From Candidatus Bathyarchaeia archaeon (GTDB lineage Archaea; Thermoproteota; Bathyarchaeia; 40CM-2-53-6): a stretch of 58,192 bases of DNA. Below the pieces are notes generated by a model. That model was not told the origin of the DNA. It was given only the letters and a program-made list of their open reading frames with translations, and did not search any database. The number at the start of each line of letters is the position of its first letter. Position 1 is the stretch's first letter. The position numbers and the translations under genes were made by a program. Below are positions 39,351-49,571 of the stretch, in pieces. Location of the stretch: NCBI GenBank assembly GCA_049517415.1, contig JBEKSC010000018.1, positions 1 to 58,192 on the forward strand, given 5' to 3'.

Positions 39351-40277
39351 TCACGCATTGAACGTTTTAGTTTCTGTTGACGCTATCGCCGCCAAGATGT
39401 TGCTCTTCCATGTCCATGCCACATCGCTGAAGAAGAAGTCTGGGGCACTGAAGATTAAGTTCAGAGAGTTACCGTTCCAGAAGAAGACCGTTCCTTTAGC
39501 CATTCCAACCTGGCCGGTTGCTGTTACAATTGCCGCGACATCGGCCGAAGGCTTCCAGGCCACTGCGACTGGGTATACGTGGTTGTTCTCGAACGAGACG
39601 GGTGAAACGGTCGTTCCATTGTAACTTCCGATGAACCCAGTATGCCAAACAACATCATACCCTACAACTAGCGCCGACTCTCCAGTCTGCTTCCAGTCTA
39701 CACCGATGAGGTCCAGGTGTCCCTCGTTCATGGCTCCTACGATGTTGGTATCAGCATCGTAGGTGAAGAGGTTAGGCGATGGGATGAATTCCTCGGCAAA
39801 GCAGTTGGATGAGATTAATGCGCTGCTGGTTTTTGGCCGCCACGAGATATCCCGCAGGTTCGCCTTTCCCGCGTCCACCATTACAGCCTGTCCGCGTGAA
39901 AACTTGAACAAGGTCCCGTTGTTGCCCGCAAGAAGGGCCACGTAGCCATCATGGTTCCACGCGACCGTGCGGAGGTTTTCGAGAGTGGGCACGGGTATCT
40001 TCTTAAAGCGTTCTCCGTCTAGAAGCAAAACCGTCCCAGCGTTTCCAACAATTAGCGCAGTTCCATCTCTGGGATTCACGGATACTGCCCTGAGGTTATG
40101 GTGCGTCCCAGAATCAAGAGAAATAGGCCTTTCGCCCTGAACCTTTAGAACTCGGCCACCGTTGCCAACAATGATTGGAAAACGGTCCTGTAGTTCCCAA
40201 GCGAGCCCTCGAAGGTGGCCCTGCAGGTTCACGGTTCGCAGGTTCTCCCGATCGTAATAGAGCAGCTTCGAGGCCAA
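39351..40277 (-). CDS. Beta-propeller repeat protein (start inferred)
   Basis: Repeated NLR.V.W...G..AL.VGN.G units. Confidence 0.8.
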   Translation of the reverse strand: MASKLLYYDRENLRTVNLQGHLRGLAWELQDRFPIIVGNGGRVLKVQGERPISLDSGTHHNLRAVSVNPRDGTALIVGNAGTVLLLDGERFKKIPVPTLENLRTVAWNHDGYVALLAGNNGTLFKFSRGQAVMVDAGKANLRDISWRPKTSSALISSNCFAEEFIPSPNLFTYDADTNIVGAMNEGHLDLIGVDWKQTGESALVVGYDVVWHTGFIGSYNGTTVSPVSFENNHVYPVAVAWKPSADVAAIVTATGQVGMAKGTVFFWNGNSLNLIFSAPDFFFSDVAWTWKSNILAAIASTETKTFNA

Positions 40278-40363
40278 CAAATCACAACCTAGGTGCGCTG
40301 CCTCTCTCAGCCCAAAAGTAGATTTGAAGGCAGTATTAAGAATGGGACAAGTGCCCCCGCAAC

Positions 40364-40705
40364 ATGCCCAGGACCCAAACTCGCAGTTCACGAACCGTTC
40401 AGTTGTATTCTGAACGGCCCATCCACAATGAACAGGACCTTCTGGACTTCATAGAGGCGCTGGACGAGGATGAGGGGGTTAGAATTGAGGGAAACCTCAA
40501 GAACCATGAGAATGGTGGCTTCGTATTCGTCGGAACCTACAGAGGAAGCTACTGCGTTAACATATGCGACAAGGTGTGGGCCCCGAAGCTGAGACAGTAC
40601 GTAGCCGGCGGAAGAGATGAATGGTATTACTTCGACAAGGGCAAAGAGGCATTCCGCTTCGTCTTGAAAGAAGCAAAGAGACCCCTACGAGCTTGGCTGT
40701 ACTGA
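40364..40705 (+). CDS. Hypothetical protein
   Basis: 113-aa ORF with coding-like composition. Confidence 0.65.
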   Translation: MPRTQTRSSRTVQLYSERPIHNEQDLLDFIEALDEDEGVRIEGNLKNHENGGFVFVGTYRGSYCVNICDKVWAPKLRQYVAGGRDEWYYFDKGKEAFRFVLKEAKRPLRAWLY

Positions 40706-40795
40706 GAGCGTATGGTGTTAAGGGAGATTCCACCAATAGCCGCAATTCTCTTGGTTACATAGCCGAATGAGATGTACGTGCTCGGCAAGCTTATC

Positions 40796-41884
40796 CTACT
40801 CCGTAGCTGGCACCGAGACTGTTGCCCTTTCGACTTTTGACTGCCGGAAATAACGTTTCTTCGCCCACAAAGCCACATTCACAAGACCGATCAGAATTGG
40901 AACTTCGAATAGGGGCCCGATTACGGCGGCGAAGGCCTGGCCAGAATTTATTCCGAAGACTCCGACTGTAACCGCTATTGCCAACTCGAAGTTATTGCTG
41001 GCGGCTGTGAAGGATAACGTGGCGGTTTCTGGATAAGAGAAGTTCCACGCTCTGGACATGATGAATGAGACTGTGAACATGATCAGGAAATAGCAGATGA
41101 GCGGTATTGCAATTCGCACAACATCCCATGGCAGTGCAAGAATATCCTCGCCTTTCAGTGAGAACATGACTACGATCGTGAAGAGCAAGGCGATCAAAGC
41201 TGTTGGGCTAAGCTTCTCCACAAAGACTTCATCATACCATTCCTTCCCTTTCCTTCGTACGAGCGTGTATCTGGTTACTATGCCGGCGATGAATGGGAGG
41301 CCCAGATAGATGAATACGGTTTTGGCTATGTCCCATATGGAGATCGCAACCGTTACGCCTGAACCATGGGACACCCAAGATGAGAGCAACGTGACGAAGA
41401 ACCACGCGTAAACTGAATATAACGCAACTTGAAAGATTGAATTGAGGGCAACGAGAACGGCTGCGTATTCGTTGTCTCCCCCTGCGAGCATGTTCCAGAC
41501 TAAGACCATAGCGATGCATCTTGCTAGTCCGACGATGATGATTCCGATTCTATATTCGGGCAGGTCAGGTAAGAACAACCATGCGAGACCGAACATTAGG
41601 AAAGGCCCGACGAGCCAATTCTGGATGAGGGAGACGCTGAGCACCTTCCAGGCCCTTCCAACCTTCGAGAGCTCCTCATACTTCACACGAGCTAAGGGGG
41701 GATACATCATCCAGAGTAGTCCAACCGCAATAGGAAGCGAGATTGTGCCTACGCTCAACGTGCCAAGAAGCTTCGGAAGTTGTGGAAAAACCGCTCCTGC
41801 CCCAACTCCTAAGGCCATTGCTAAGAAAATCCAGAGCGTAAGAAACCTGTCTAGCAGCGGTAGCCGCTGCGTCATTTTCTTCAA
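40796..41884 (-). CDS. acr3: ACR3-family arsenite efflux transporter
   Basis: [39 protein letters not shown]. Confidence 0.96.
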   Translation of the reverse strand: MKKMTQRLPLLDRFLTLWIFLAMALGVGAGAVFPQLPKLLGTLSVGTISLPIAVGLLWMMYPPLARVKYEELSKVGRAWKVLSVSLIQNWLVGPFLMFGLAWLFLPDLPEYRIGIIIVGLARCIAMVLVWNMLAGGDNEYAAVLVALNSIFQVALYSVYAWFFVTLLSSWVSHGSGVTVAISIWDIAKTVFIYLGLPFIAGIVTRYTLVRRKGKEWYDEVFVEKLSPTALIALLFTIVVMFSLKGEDILALPWDVVRIAIPLICYFLIMFTVSFIMSRAWNFSYPETATLSFTAASNNFELAIAVTVGVFGINSGQAFAAVIGPLFEVPILIGLVNVALWAKKRYFRQSKVERATVSVPATE

Positions 41885-41922
41885 GCTCGTGATTCTACGA
41901 TCTTAGGGCACAAAGGAAATGA

Positions 41923-42657
41923 TCAGCTAGGTTTCGTGGCCTGCCAGGCCATGCTCTTTACGTGAAGTTGCCGCGACGCCGTTTCCTCGTTTATTGGGTG
42001 GGATTCATCCGACCCTTGGATTTCTATAAAACCCGCCTTTTCGAGGATGCTTCGGTACTCGTTGGACGTAACGGCCCCTGATATGCAATCTGCCCATTCT
42101 TCTGGGTTGATCGGCTTTCGGCCTCCTTGAGTAGCAACCATGTCTGACACTGAAATTCTACCTCCGGGTTTGAGGACACGGTAGATTTCTTCGAACGCTA
42201 ATTCTTTGTTTGGGACCAAGTTCAGCACGCAGTTGCTTATGACTAGGTCCACAGAGTTACTCTCAATGGGCATGTGCTCTATCTCGCCGAGTCGAAACTC
42301 CACATTGTCATAATCATGTTTCTTGGCGGTTTCACGTGCGCGGAAAATCATTTCGGGCGTGGCATCAAGCCCGATTACCTTGCCCGATATGCCTACGAGT
42401 TTCGACGCACGGAAGACATCGACGCCTCCCCCACTACCAAGGTCCAATATGGTTTCCCCTTCCCGAACCTCGGCATGCTCTAGGGGCAAGCCACAACTTG
42501 CAACGACATTCAAAGCCTCCGGTGGAAGATCCTCTTCCTGCATTACGCTCGTGGCGCAGCACGAATTCTCCGCCCCTCCTCCGCAGCACGGTTCATTCAA
42601 CACGGCCAGTTTGCTGTAGTGTTTTCTTACAGCTTCCTTGATTTGTTCCTCACTCAT
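41923..42657 (-). CDS. arsM: Arsenite methyltransferase
   Basis: SCG.P, LDLGSGGG.D, ISNCVLNL, W..CISGA. Confidence 0.93.
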   Translation of the reverse strand: MSEEQIKEAVRKHYSKLAVLNEPCCGGGAENSCCATSVMQEEDLPPEALNVVASCGLPLEHAEVREGETILDLGSGGGVDVFRASKLVGISGKVIGLDATPEMIFRARETAKKHDYDNVEFRLGEIEHMPIESNSVDLVISNCVLNLVPNKELAFEEIYRVLKPGGRISVSDMVATQGGRKPINPEEWADCISGAVTSNEYRSILEKAGFIEIQGSDESHPINEETASRQLHVKSMAWQATKPS

Positions 42658-42685
42658 GTTCGCTCGTCCACAAGACATCAGAACA

Positions 42686-42709
42686 ACATATTTAAGAATG
42701 TTGATATGT
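42686..42709. promoter_or_regulatory. Putative ArsR operator
   Basis: ACATAT-ttaagaatgttg-ATATGT inverted repeat in the divergent arsM/arsR spacer. Confidence 0.6.
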
Positions 42710-42716
42710 ATTGTGA

Positions 42717-43124
42717 TTGGCCAACATGAGCGCAACAATAGCCCAAGCAAGAGTCAAACGCCTCGTAAACCTAGGGTTAGTGGACTCTAATTGCACGCCC
42801 AGTGGACGAATTACGCAACTGAAATCGAGAATAAGCGAGGATGACGTCACCTTTCGAGAACTGAAGGCGTTCTTCTCCGCGCTTGGTGATTCTACTCGGC
42901 TGAAGATGCTTAGGCTGATTGGTGATGAGGCGTTGTGCTCTTGCGAAGTTATGGCCACCCTTGAGCTGACACAGCCGACCACCTCGCACCACCTAGGAAT
43001 ACTCGAAAGGGCTGGGCTCCTCAGTTCACGGCGCAACGGGAAATGGGTTTTCTACAGGATAGCGAATCCGAAAGTCAAGAACCTGATCACCAAAGGATTC
43101 AACCTCATTGGGGGCGCGGAGTGA
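42717..43124 (+). CDS. arsR: ArsR/SmtB repressor
   Basis: ALGDSTRL, LCSCE, QPTTSHHL, GKWVFY. Confidence 0.92.
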   Translation: MANMSATIAQARVKRLVNLGLVDSNCTPSGRITQLKSRISEDDVTFRELKAFFSALGDSTRLKMLRLIGDEALCSCEVMATLELTQPTTSHHLGILERAGLLSSRRNGKWVFYRIANPKVKNLITKGFNLIGGAE

Positions 43125-43522
43125 TGAGGCGAGTGCTCTTTGTCTGCGTAGAGAACGCTGGCAGAAGCCAGATGGCTGAGGCTATTGCACGCTCATACGG
43201 AATTGAGGCTGCTAGCGCAGGCACGATCCCGGCTGCAGCGGTTAACCCAACCGTTGTTGAAGCCATGAAAGAGAGAGGGTTCAGTTTGTCTTCCGCTAAG
43301 CCGAAGCTTCTGACCTCCCAGATGATCGAAGCGGCCGACTACGTTGTTACAATGGGCTGCCGTGTCGAAGACGTTTGCCCAAGACCCCTGATTGTCAAGA
43401 TGGAGAAGAAGCTTGTTGATTGGAATATCGACGACCCTAAAGGAAAACCGTTAGAGGATGTCCGCAAGATACGAAGTGAAATAGAAACCCGCGTTATTGA
43501 GTTGCTCAAGAAACCAAGCTAA
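43121..43522 (+). CDS. arsC: Arsenate reductase (LMW-PTP fold)
   Basis: FVCVENAGRSQMAE, TMGC...CP, W.IDDP. Confidence 0.92.
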   Translation: MMRRVLFVCVENAGRSQMAEAIARSYGIEAASAGTIPAAAVNPTVVEAMKERGFSLSSAKPKLLTSQMIEAADYVVTMGCRVEDVCPRPLIVKMEKKLVDWNIDDPKGKPLEDVRKIRSEIETRVIELLKKPS

Positions 43523-43716
43523 CCCGCGCAATTTACAAGTTAAGCCCCGCATATCTACCTAAACGCAAGAGACAGGCAGCAGGCATCCCATCTAAGCATA
43601 TTCCTCGAAGTTAATTATGTCAATTTACTTAGTCTTCGCGTCTGCACATGATTAACCTCCATCTGCTTCCTGGTTGTGTCGGTCTAATGGCGTGCACTTA
43701 CAACGATGGATTGAGC

Positions 43717-44193
43717 CTATCGGCCTGACATGATCGAGGCTAGGGTGAACATTGTGCACCCCAACCCAAGAGGAACCAACCCAATCAATAGGAAAAACGC
43801 TGATAAGTTTGGCGCGGCACCCGTTAGCGGTCGAAACATGGAAAGGTAGAATGAAAGTGAAATTTCTGCAGTGAACACGGAAAGTGTTAGAACCCCAAAC
43901 AAAACTGCTGCTGCGTTAGCTTTTGATTTCTCAAACGATAAGAGTACAGCAGCTACGATAAAGGATGAAGCCATTGAAGCATTAGTTACGAATGGTGTCA
44001 ACGCCCTAAGATAACCCGATCTGAAAGCTGTGCCTGTTCCACCATTTTCGGTGATTGCTCCCATCAAGATCGGGAGAAGTACTGAGAATGTGACCAATGC
44101 CAATCCAACAATGGCCAAGAGAGCTTCAGGGAATCGTAGACGTGTGGAATGTTTCGTATCCTGATCATCGGGTTGTGCTGACGTTGATTTCAC
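43717..44193 (-). CDS. Hypothetical membrane protein
   Basis: Four TM segments. Confidence 0.65.
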   Translation of the reverse strand: MKSTSAQPDDQDTKHSTRLRFPEALLAIVGLALVTFSVLLPILMGAITENGGTGTAFRSGYLRALTPFVTNASMASSFIVAAVLLSFEKSKANAAAVLFGVLTLSVFTAEISLSFYLSMFRPLTGAAPNLSAFFLLIGLVPLGLGCTMFTLASIMSGR

Positions 44194-44240
44194 CCAGTCC
44201 CGGCGACCGCGGCATGGGTCAGCGTGAACATGATAGAGCG

Positions 44241-44528
44241 TTAGGTGACGGCTTTCAGCTTTGTTTGTATCGTTGCAGGTTTGTCGCGCCTATCATCGAT
44301 CTTCAAAGTGGTGACCACCCTCTTGGCACCCGTCTCGACGACTGCTAGGTGAGCTGCCTTCACCGCGTAAAGAATCTCATCAATGCTAGCAGCTTCAATC
44401 GAAGTTCCATTAGGTCCTGAAAGCGTTTTGAGCCCTGACTTCTTCAGACTCGCCACTGCGACCTTGACGAACCGGCTGATGCTTGACCCTTCACCGAGAA
44501 CTGAAACACTAACCTCTGCAACTATCAT
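44241..44528 (-). CDS. MTH1187/YkoF-family thiamine-binding protein
   Basis: SISRFV, GTSIE, RVVTTLKIDDRRDK. Confidence 0.9.
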   Translation of the reverse strand: MIVAEVSVSVLGEGSSISRFVKVAVASLKKSGLKTLSGPNGTSIEAASIDEILYAVKAAHLAVVETGAKRVVTTLKIDDRRDKPATIQTKLKAVT

Positions 44529-44711
44529 CTTACGATCGACAATACTAGAATGCCCCCACCAAATATCTTCGCCGATACTGACCGGGCGATCGGACTCTTG
44601 CCATTGAAGGCCATCAATGTGACGAACCTCCTCAACTTTTGCGTATCCCTCTTGATCAGGTCACGTTAAGGACGCGAAGTTAAAGCAACGGGCACAAAAA
44701 CTCTAGGTAAG

Positions 44712-44900
44712 TCAGAGAAGCATTTCCAGCTCTAACTCATCTCCAAGTGGAATGCCATCTAAGCCTAATAGGGAAATTTCTGGCTTGAGCTGGCGTGATC
44801 GTTCAAGCGCGTTGCTGTATAATGCGGCTAACGTGAAGCCCCTCCGTTGATAGAACCGTAAGGCTGGGAGGTTGTCCACTAAGGTTCGGAGCCACGACGA
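44712..44900 (-). pseudogene. GNAT acetyltransferase C-terminal remnant
   Basis: Manual translation WLRTLVDNLPALRFYQRRGFTLAALYSNALERSRQLKPEISLLGLDGIPLGDELELEMLL*. Confidence 0.75.
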
Positions 44901-44914
44901 CGCTATTGAGTAAT

Positions 44915-45211
44915 TTAGAGGGACGGATGAGGTGGTTCCCCAGGGTGCCGGCGCGGGCTAAGAGCCCGAGTGATGAAGGCGAGCTTCCACACGCGAGTGG
45001 CAAAGGTGAAGCATTTCTCATGCATTGGAGCTTCCATGACATCGCCAATGCGCCAGCTTGACGACGTGAAGCCCAATGCCCTAGCTGAATCCAACAGCTT
45101 CTGCTGGCCATGGGTAATCTTAAGCCTCAACGGCGTGGACTTCCCGCGAATAATAGCCCCACAACCTACACAATGAACCTTGACTTTCTTCGACATAGCC
45201 TTCCACTTCAT
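44915..45211 (-). CDS. Hypothetical small Zn-binding protein
   Basis: CVGC...HEKC; overlaps cysS stop. Confidence 0.5.
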   Translation of the reverse strand: MKWKAMSKKVKVHCVGCGAIIRGKSTPLRLKITHGQQKLLDSARALGFTSSSWRIGDVMEAPMHEKCFTFATRVWKLAFITRALSPRRHPGEPPHPSL

Positions 45212-46437
45212 TTTGCGGGTGAATACTGCGGTAGTATGCCGAATACGTTTGCCATTCTCAGAAAGATAGTTTCCGCCCTCTGTTTCGATTCTTGGTTCAC
45301 TCGCAAACTTGACAAGTTCCTTGCGAGCGCCTTCAGGACGCTGAGGGCCTTGGGCGTGTCGAAGTCGTCATCCATGCTGCGTCTGAACGCCGATTCAGAC
45401 CTTTCGAGTAGGACCTGGAGTTTTCTCTCCTGCTTCGAGTTGGTGGTTGGCGGGACTGTCGTGAAAGCTTGAAGGTTCTTGGTTATCGCAGTCAGTTCGG
45501 CCGTGGCTTTCCTGAGTCCGGTTACGGAGAGGACCATTGGTTGCCTGTAGTGGAATGAGGCAAAGTAAAACCTCAGCGTGGGGACACCGTATTCTTTGAT
45601 GGCGTCGCGTATACGAACCACGTTGCCTAATGATTTGCTCATCTTGCGCCCTTCCACACTCAACAAACCCGTATGAAGCCAGTACCGCACGAAGGGGACC
45701 TTGCCGGTCAGGGCTTCGGCTTGCGCTATCTCTGCTTCGTGGTGGGGGAAGATGAGTTCTGAGGCGCCGCCGTGCATGTCGTAAGTATCCCCGAAATGGG
45801 CCATCGAAACCGCAGTATCCTCAATATGCCATCCCGGCCGCCCGTAACCCCACGGCGAGTCCCAACCTAGGCCCTTCTCATATTTCCTCCATAACGAGAA
45901 GTCTTCGGGGCTGCGCTTCGATGAGCACAATTCAAGGCGCCTCAAACCGAGCTCTTCATGACTCTGCCCGGAGAGTTCCCCGAAACTTGGAAACTTGTTC
46001 ACTTGGAAGTATACGCCGGTCTCAGTCTCGTACGCCACACCATTCTTGACCAACCCCGCCACTTGGGCAATCATTTGTGGAATGTAGTCGGAGGCTCTCT
46101 CGTACTGGTCCACGCTAGTTATCCCGAGGGCTTGCATGTCCTCTAGAAAGGCTGTTTCATAATGGCGGGCAAGGTCGAGCGGATCCCTTTTGAGTTCCTC
46201 CGCTCGCTGCACAACCCGCTCCGCCACGTCCGTGACATTCATCAAATAACGCATCCGATATCCCGAATACTTCAGGTAACGGGCGATTGTGTCAAAGGCC
46301 AAATACGTTCTAGCGTGGCCTAAGTGAAGGTAATCATAGACGGTTGGCCCACAGACGAAGAATTTCACTTCCCTGTCCATGGAAGCTGCGAATGGCTCCT
46401 TTCGGCGGGAAAGCGAATTGTACACTCTGAGCGGCAT
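45208..46437 (-). CDS. cysS: Cysteine-tRNA ligase
   Basis: CGPTVY, HLGH, GRPGWHIE, FPHH, KMSKS. Confidence 0.96.
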   Translation of the reverse strand: MPLRVYNSLSRRKEPFAASMDREVKFFVCGPTVYDYLHLGHARTYLAFDTIARYLKYSGYRMRYLMNVTDVAERVVQRAEELKRDPLDLARHYETAFLEDMQALGITSVDQYERASDYIPQMIAQVAGLVKNGVAYETETGVYFQVNKFPSFGELSGQSHEELGLRRLELCSSKRSPEDFSLWRKYEKGLGWDSPWGYGRPGWHIEDTAVSMAHFGDTYDMHGGASELIFPHHEAEIAQAEALTGKVPFVRYWLHTGLLSVEGRKMSKSLGNVVRIRDAIKEYGVPTLRFYFASFHYRQPMVLSVTGLRKATAELTAITKNLQAFTTVPPTTNSKQERKLQVLLERSESAFRRSMDDDFDTPKALSVLKALARNLSSLRVNQESKQRAETIFLRMANVFGILPQYSPAK

Positions 46438-46737
46438 CTGCTAATCTTAACCTCTCTTACTGGTGCACCGGTTTTGTCTAACTCCCACCTTAACCACTTA
46501 CCGCCCTGAGCCGCCCAGAATTCAGCTAGAGCCCAGTAAATACCCCTCGGTCACAGGCTCGGCTAACCTATCGAATAGGCCGTCACCAATCGTCCAGACA
46601 CCCGTATTCTTCCTTAACAAGAAGCTCAATTGCATGTTCTCAGGTGCTCAATCGTCAAGCTCTGGGAACCCTACGGTTGAAAAAGGGCCATTTGACCCTC
46701 AGACATGAAGGGTGCCTAGAACTGGCTTGTTTGCAAG

Positions 46738-47064
46738 CTAAGCGCGGGCTTTCTTCGGTTGAACGATGTAGTAGTTTTCGTCCACATCAATTTCCAGGTC
46801 GGGAACGAAAGACAGGACGAACTCGATTAGTTCATCCATGCTGCGCTTACGCCTCTCTTTCAACTGGAGAAATCCCTGAAGGCTTACCAATCGCTCATAC
46901 ATGTCGGAGCTAATCTTTATGCTGCGGCTTAGGCGCCTTTTCTTCCCTCGTTCGATACTTCTTGACACTAGTTCTCCCTTGTAGAAATGTGGAACGTTCG
47001 GCCTTTTTTTATTTTTCCTCCAACCATCGCCATATTGGTAAGACCGTGGTTGATGGGGGGTCAC
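46738..47064 (-). CDS. Ribbon-helix-helix-like protein (start uncertain)
   Basis: RSIKISSDMYERL...SMDELIEFVL. Confidence 0.6.
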   Translation of the reverse strand: MTPHQPRSYQYGDGWRKNKKRPNVPHFYKGELVSRSIERGKKRRLSRSIKISSDMYERLVSLQGFLQLKERRKRSMDELIEFVLSFVPDLEIDVDENYYIVQPKKARA

Positions 47065-47173
47065 TGAATTATTTTAGTGAAGAAACGCAAGATTAAGATG
47101 AAGCTAGACAGCCGTGAGGCGAGAGACAATACAAGGCAAATGAAGACTCGCGGGATCCCAGGCCTTGAAAGAA

Positions 47174-47192
47174 TTCTCACTCATAGTGAGAA
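47174..47192. promoter_or_regulatory. Perfect inverted repeat upstream of DP1
   Basis: TTCTCACT-CAT-AGTGAGAA. Confidence 0.5.
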
Positions 47193-47244
47193 GACTCATC
47201 CTAGCGGTGAGTAATGCATTTGCCATTAAGTTCCAGTTGGCCAA

Positions 47245-48810
47245 ATGGGGCTATCGGTAAGTTCTTCAGTTCAGTCGGTCAAGTTTCACCAAAGAAAACC
47301 GAGGTTCGAGATGTTGGAGCAACTGCGGCGCCTGGTTCAGGAACTTGCGTTGGCAGGATACCAACTCGACCGTTCAGCGTATGATTATCTTAGGTCGATG
47401 AACGAACTTGACGCGACAAGGTTCGCTAAGAACCTCCTGATAACGATAGGTGAAACTCCTGAAGCGGGACGAATTCTTACCAAGGAAGAATTGCTGGAAC
47501 TCACTGAGCCACCGCAGGCGCTTCAAATGCCCATCCCAGTCTCAACGACCATTCCGGCAAAGCAAATGTCCTCGAGGCTAGAAATCGTAAGGGACCCTTC
47601 CAAAGAGATCGGAACAGGCGGCAGCATCGATGATTTCTCACACTACTTCCGAGATAGATTCCACAAGTTGTCATCTGCCTTTCGTGATCGATACGATGCA
47701 AGGGACGCAACAACCGTCGCCGATGCCCTAGCCGCCGAACAAAATCATAAAGTGAAATTTCTAGCCATGGTTATGGAGAAACGCGAACGACAAGAGAAAC
47801 TCTTCTTACAAATCGACGACCTAGAGGATTCAGCCACAGTACTCGTCTCGGCCGACGCCCGAGGAGCTTACGAAGTGGCGCAGAAGACCCCCCTCGATCA
47901 AGTGATCTGCGTTTCCGGGTTACGGGCGAAAGGTGACTTAATCGTTGCAAAGGAGATCTTACTTCCCGACATCCCTGACCACAAGCCACACCTCGCCGAC
48001 GAGGAGGTTTGGGCAGTGCTGCTCTCAGACCTGCATGCCGGCAGCAAGAAGTTCCTCGGGGCTGAGCTCGCTAGGGTTTTCGATTGGTTGAACCTGAAGA
48101 TCGGCGGCCCCGACCAACGAGCAATTGCTGAACGAACCAAGTACCTAGTCATCTGCGGGGACATCGTCGACGGAATCGGAATATACCCACGCCAGGAACA
48201 GGAATTGGCAATCGTAGACCTCTATGAACAGTATCATGAAGCCGCAAAATACGTGAGCAGGATACCTGAACACATTGAGACGGTTGTCCTTCCAGGAAAC
48301 CACGACCCAGTGAGACAGGCGCTGCCGCAACCTCCCATACCCAAAGACTTCGGGGAACCTCTCTATGAGTCACGCAATCTAATTTCTCTAGGCAACCCTG
48401 CCGAGGTTTCAATGCATGGAGTCAAGCTTCTACTTCACCACGGCCGCAGCCTCGACGACATCATCACGAGCGTTCCCAACATTGACTTCACGCAACCCGA
48501 GAAGGCGATGAAACTTCAACTGCAATGCCGGCACTTAGCCTCGGAGTACGGGAACAGGACGGCCATAGCCCCCGAGAAAGTCGACCACCTAACCATTGAA
48601 AATATACCTGACATTTTCCAATCAGGTCACATACACGTAGTCAAATACGAAAACTACCGAGGCACGCAAATCATCAACTCAGGAGCCTGGCAAGCCCAAA
48701 CTGACTACCAACGTCGAGTCGGCTTGGTTCCGACACCTGGCATCCTCACGGCGGTCAACCTACACACGCTACAGGTACGATTGATGAACTTCATGGAAGC
48801 TTCACCATAG
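47245..48810 (+). CDS. polB: DNA polymerase D small subunit DP1 (start may be 47311)
   Basis: YFRDRF, SDLH.GS, GDIVDGIGIYP.Q, PGNHD, GHIH, NSGAWQ.QT. Confidence 0.96.
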   Translation: MGLSVSSSVQSVKFHQRKPRFEMLEQLRRLVQELALAGYQLDRSAYDYLRSMNELDATRFAKNLLITIGETPEAGRILTKEELLELTEPPQALQMPIPVSTTIPAKQMSSRLEIVRDPSKEIGTGGSIDDFSHYFRDRFHKLSSAFRDRYDARDATTVADALAAEQNHKVKFLAMVMEKRERQEKLFLQIDDLEDSATVLVSADARGAYEVAQKTPLDQVICVSGLRAKGDLIVAKEILLPDIPDHKPHLADEEVWAVLLSDLHAGSKKFLGAELARVFDWLNLKIGGPDQRAIAERTKYLVICGDIVDGIGIYPRQEQELAIVDLYEQYHEAAKYVSRIPEHIETVVLPGNHDPVRQALPQPPIPKDFGEPLYESRNLISLGNPAEVSMHGVKLLLHHGRSLDDIITSVPNIDFTQPEKAMKLQLQCRHLASEYGNRTAIAPEKVDHLTIENIPDIFQSGHIHVVKYENYRGTQIINSGAWQAQTDYQRRVGLVPTPGILTAVNLHTLQVRLMNFMEASP

Positions 48811-48947
48811 AGGAATAACTCTAGGGCGGTCAACTTCCGCGTTCACGATTCTAACCTTCGCTCTTTTCCTAAATCCACTAATTCAGGTGTTGTCTGGCGG
48901 TTAAGGCTTCATGTGTGAGTCTGATGGTTGGCGCGTGAGAATTTGGA

Positions 48948-49571
48948 TTAGTTTCCGTCTGTTTGCGTGGTCAAAGCACTGAGGCCGCGAGCCAGGATGC
49001 CGGCGACTCGGACGGGTTCGGGTAATCTGGAAATTATCGCTGCAGATGCGATTGTTTTCTTGGCGAATGAGGGGCCGGCACCATTCACTTCGAAGTATAG
49101 TTTGGGTTCTTGCGGAAGCGGTTTGAAAGCGTAGAGGCGTCCAGCATTTCGAACTATGTGCCAGCGTTCTTCCCAATCGCTGAAATGTTTTCGCAAAGCC
49201 CGCAGGACGGCTGGGTTGTCCGGCTTCTGTCTAGTGATAGCAATAACTGGCTTCCGCGTGGATCGGGCGAGTTGCTGGATGTCGACGAGGTTGAACCCTC
49301 CGAAGGAAATGCCGGAAAGCATCACAACGTCAAACCGCAAGTTCTTGAGAAGAGAGTTTAGAACGCGGTTGGCGTCCCTCCCATCAACCCCTATGCGTCC
49401 GAGTGTGACATCGGAAATCATTGAGCCCTGGAAGAGTATTGCGACTAGGAGAGCGCTTTGCTTCGCTGTCCTAATTGCTGGAATTGCGCCGTCGTCCACT
49501 CCAACAATTCTCAAGTTAGGGTTGGTGTTTCTGGAGGGACTTCGGGACATATCCGAAGAGTCGGCCTGCAA
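48948..49571 (-). CDS. DUF99-family protein (endonuclease dU)
   Basis: VGVDDG, VDGRDA, GISFGGFN, PEPVRVA. Confidence 0.88.
   Translation of the reverse strand: MQADSSDMSRSPSRNTNPNLRIVGVDDGAIPAIRTAKQSALLVAILFQGSMISDVTLGRIGVDGRDANRVLNSLLKNLRFDVVMLSGISFGGFNLVDIQQLARSTRKPVIAITRQKPDNPAVLRALRKHFSDWEERWHIVRNAGRLYAFKPLPQEPKLYFEVNGAGPSFAKKTIASAAIISRLPEPVRVAGILARGLSALTTQTDGN

Noticed and set aside
44800..44900. Riboswitch upstream of the thiamine-binding gene
   Set aside because: The apparent pairing lies in a GNAT pseudogene frame and lacks the TPP consensus.
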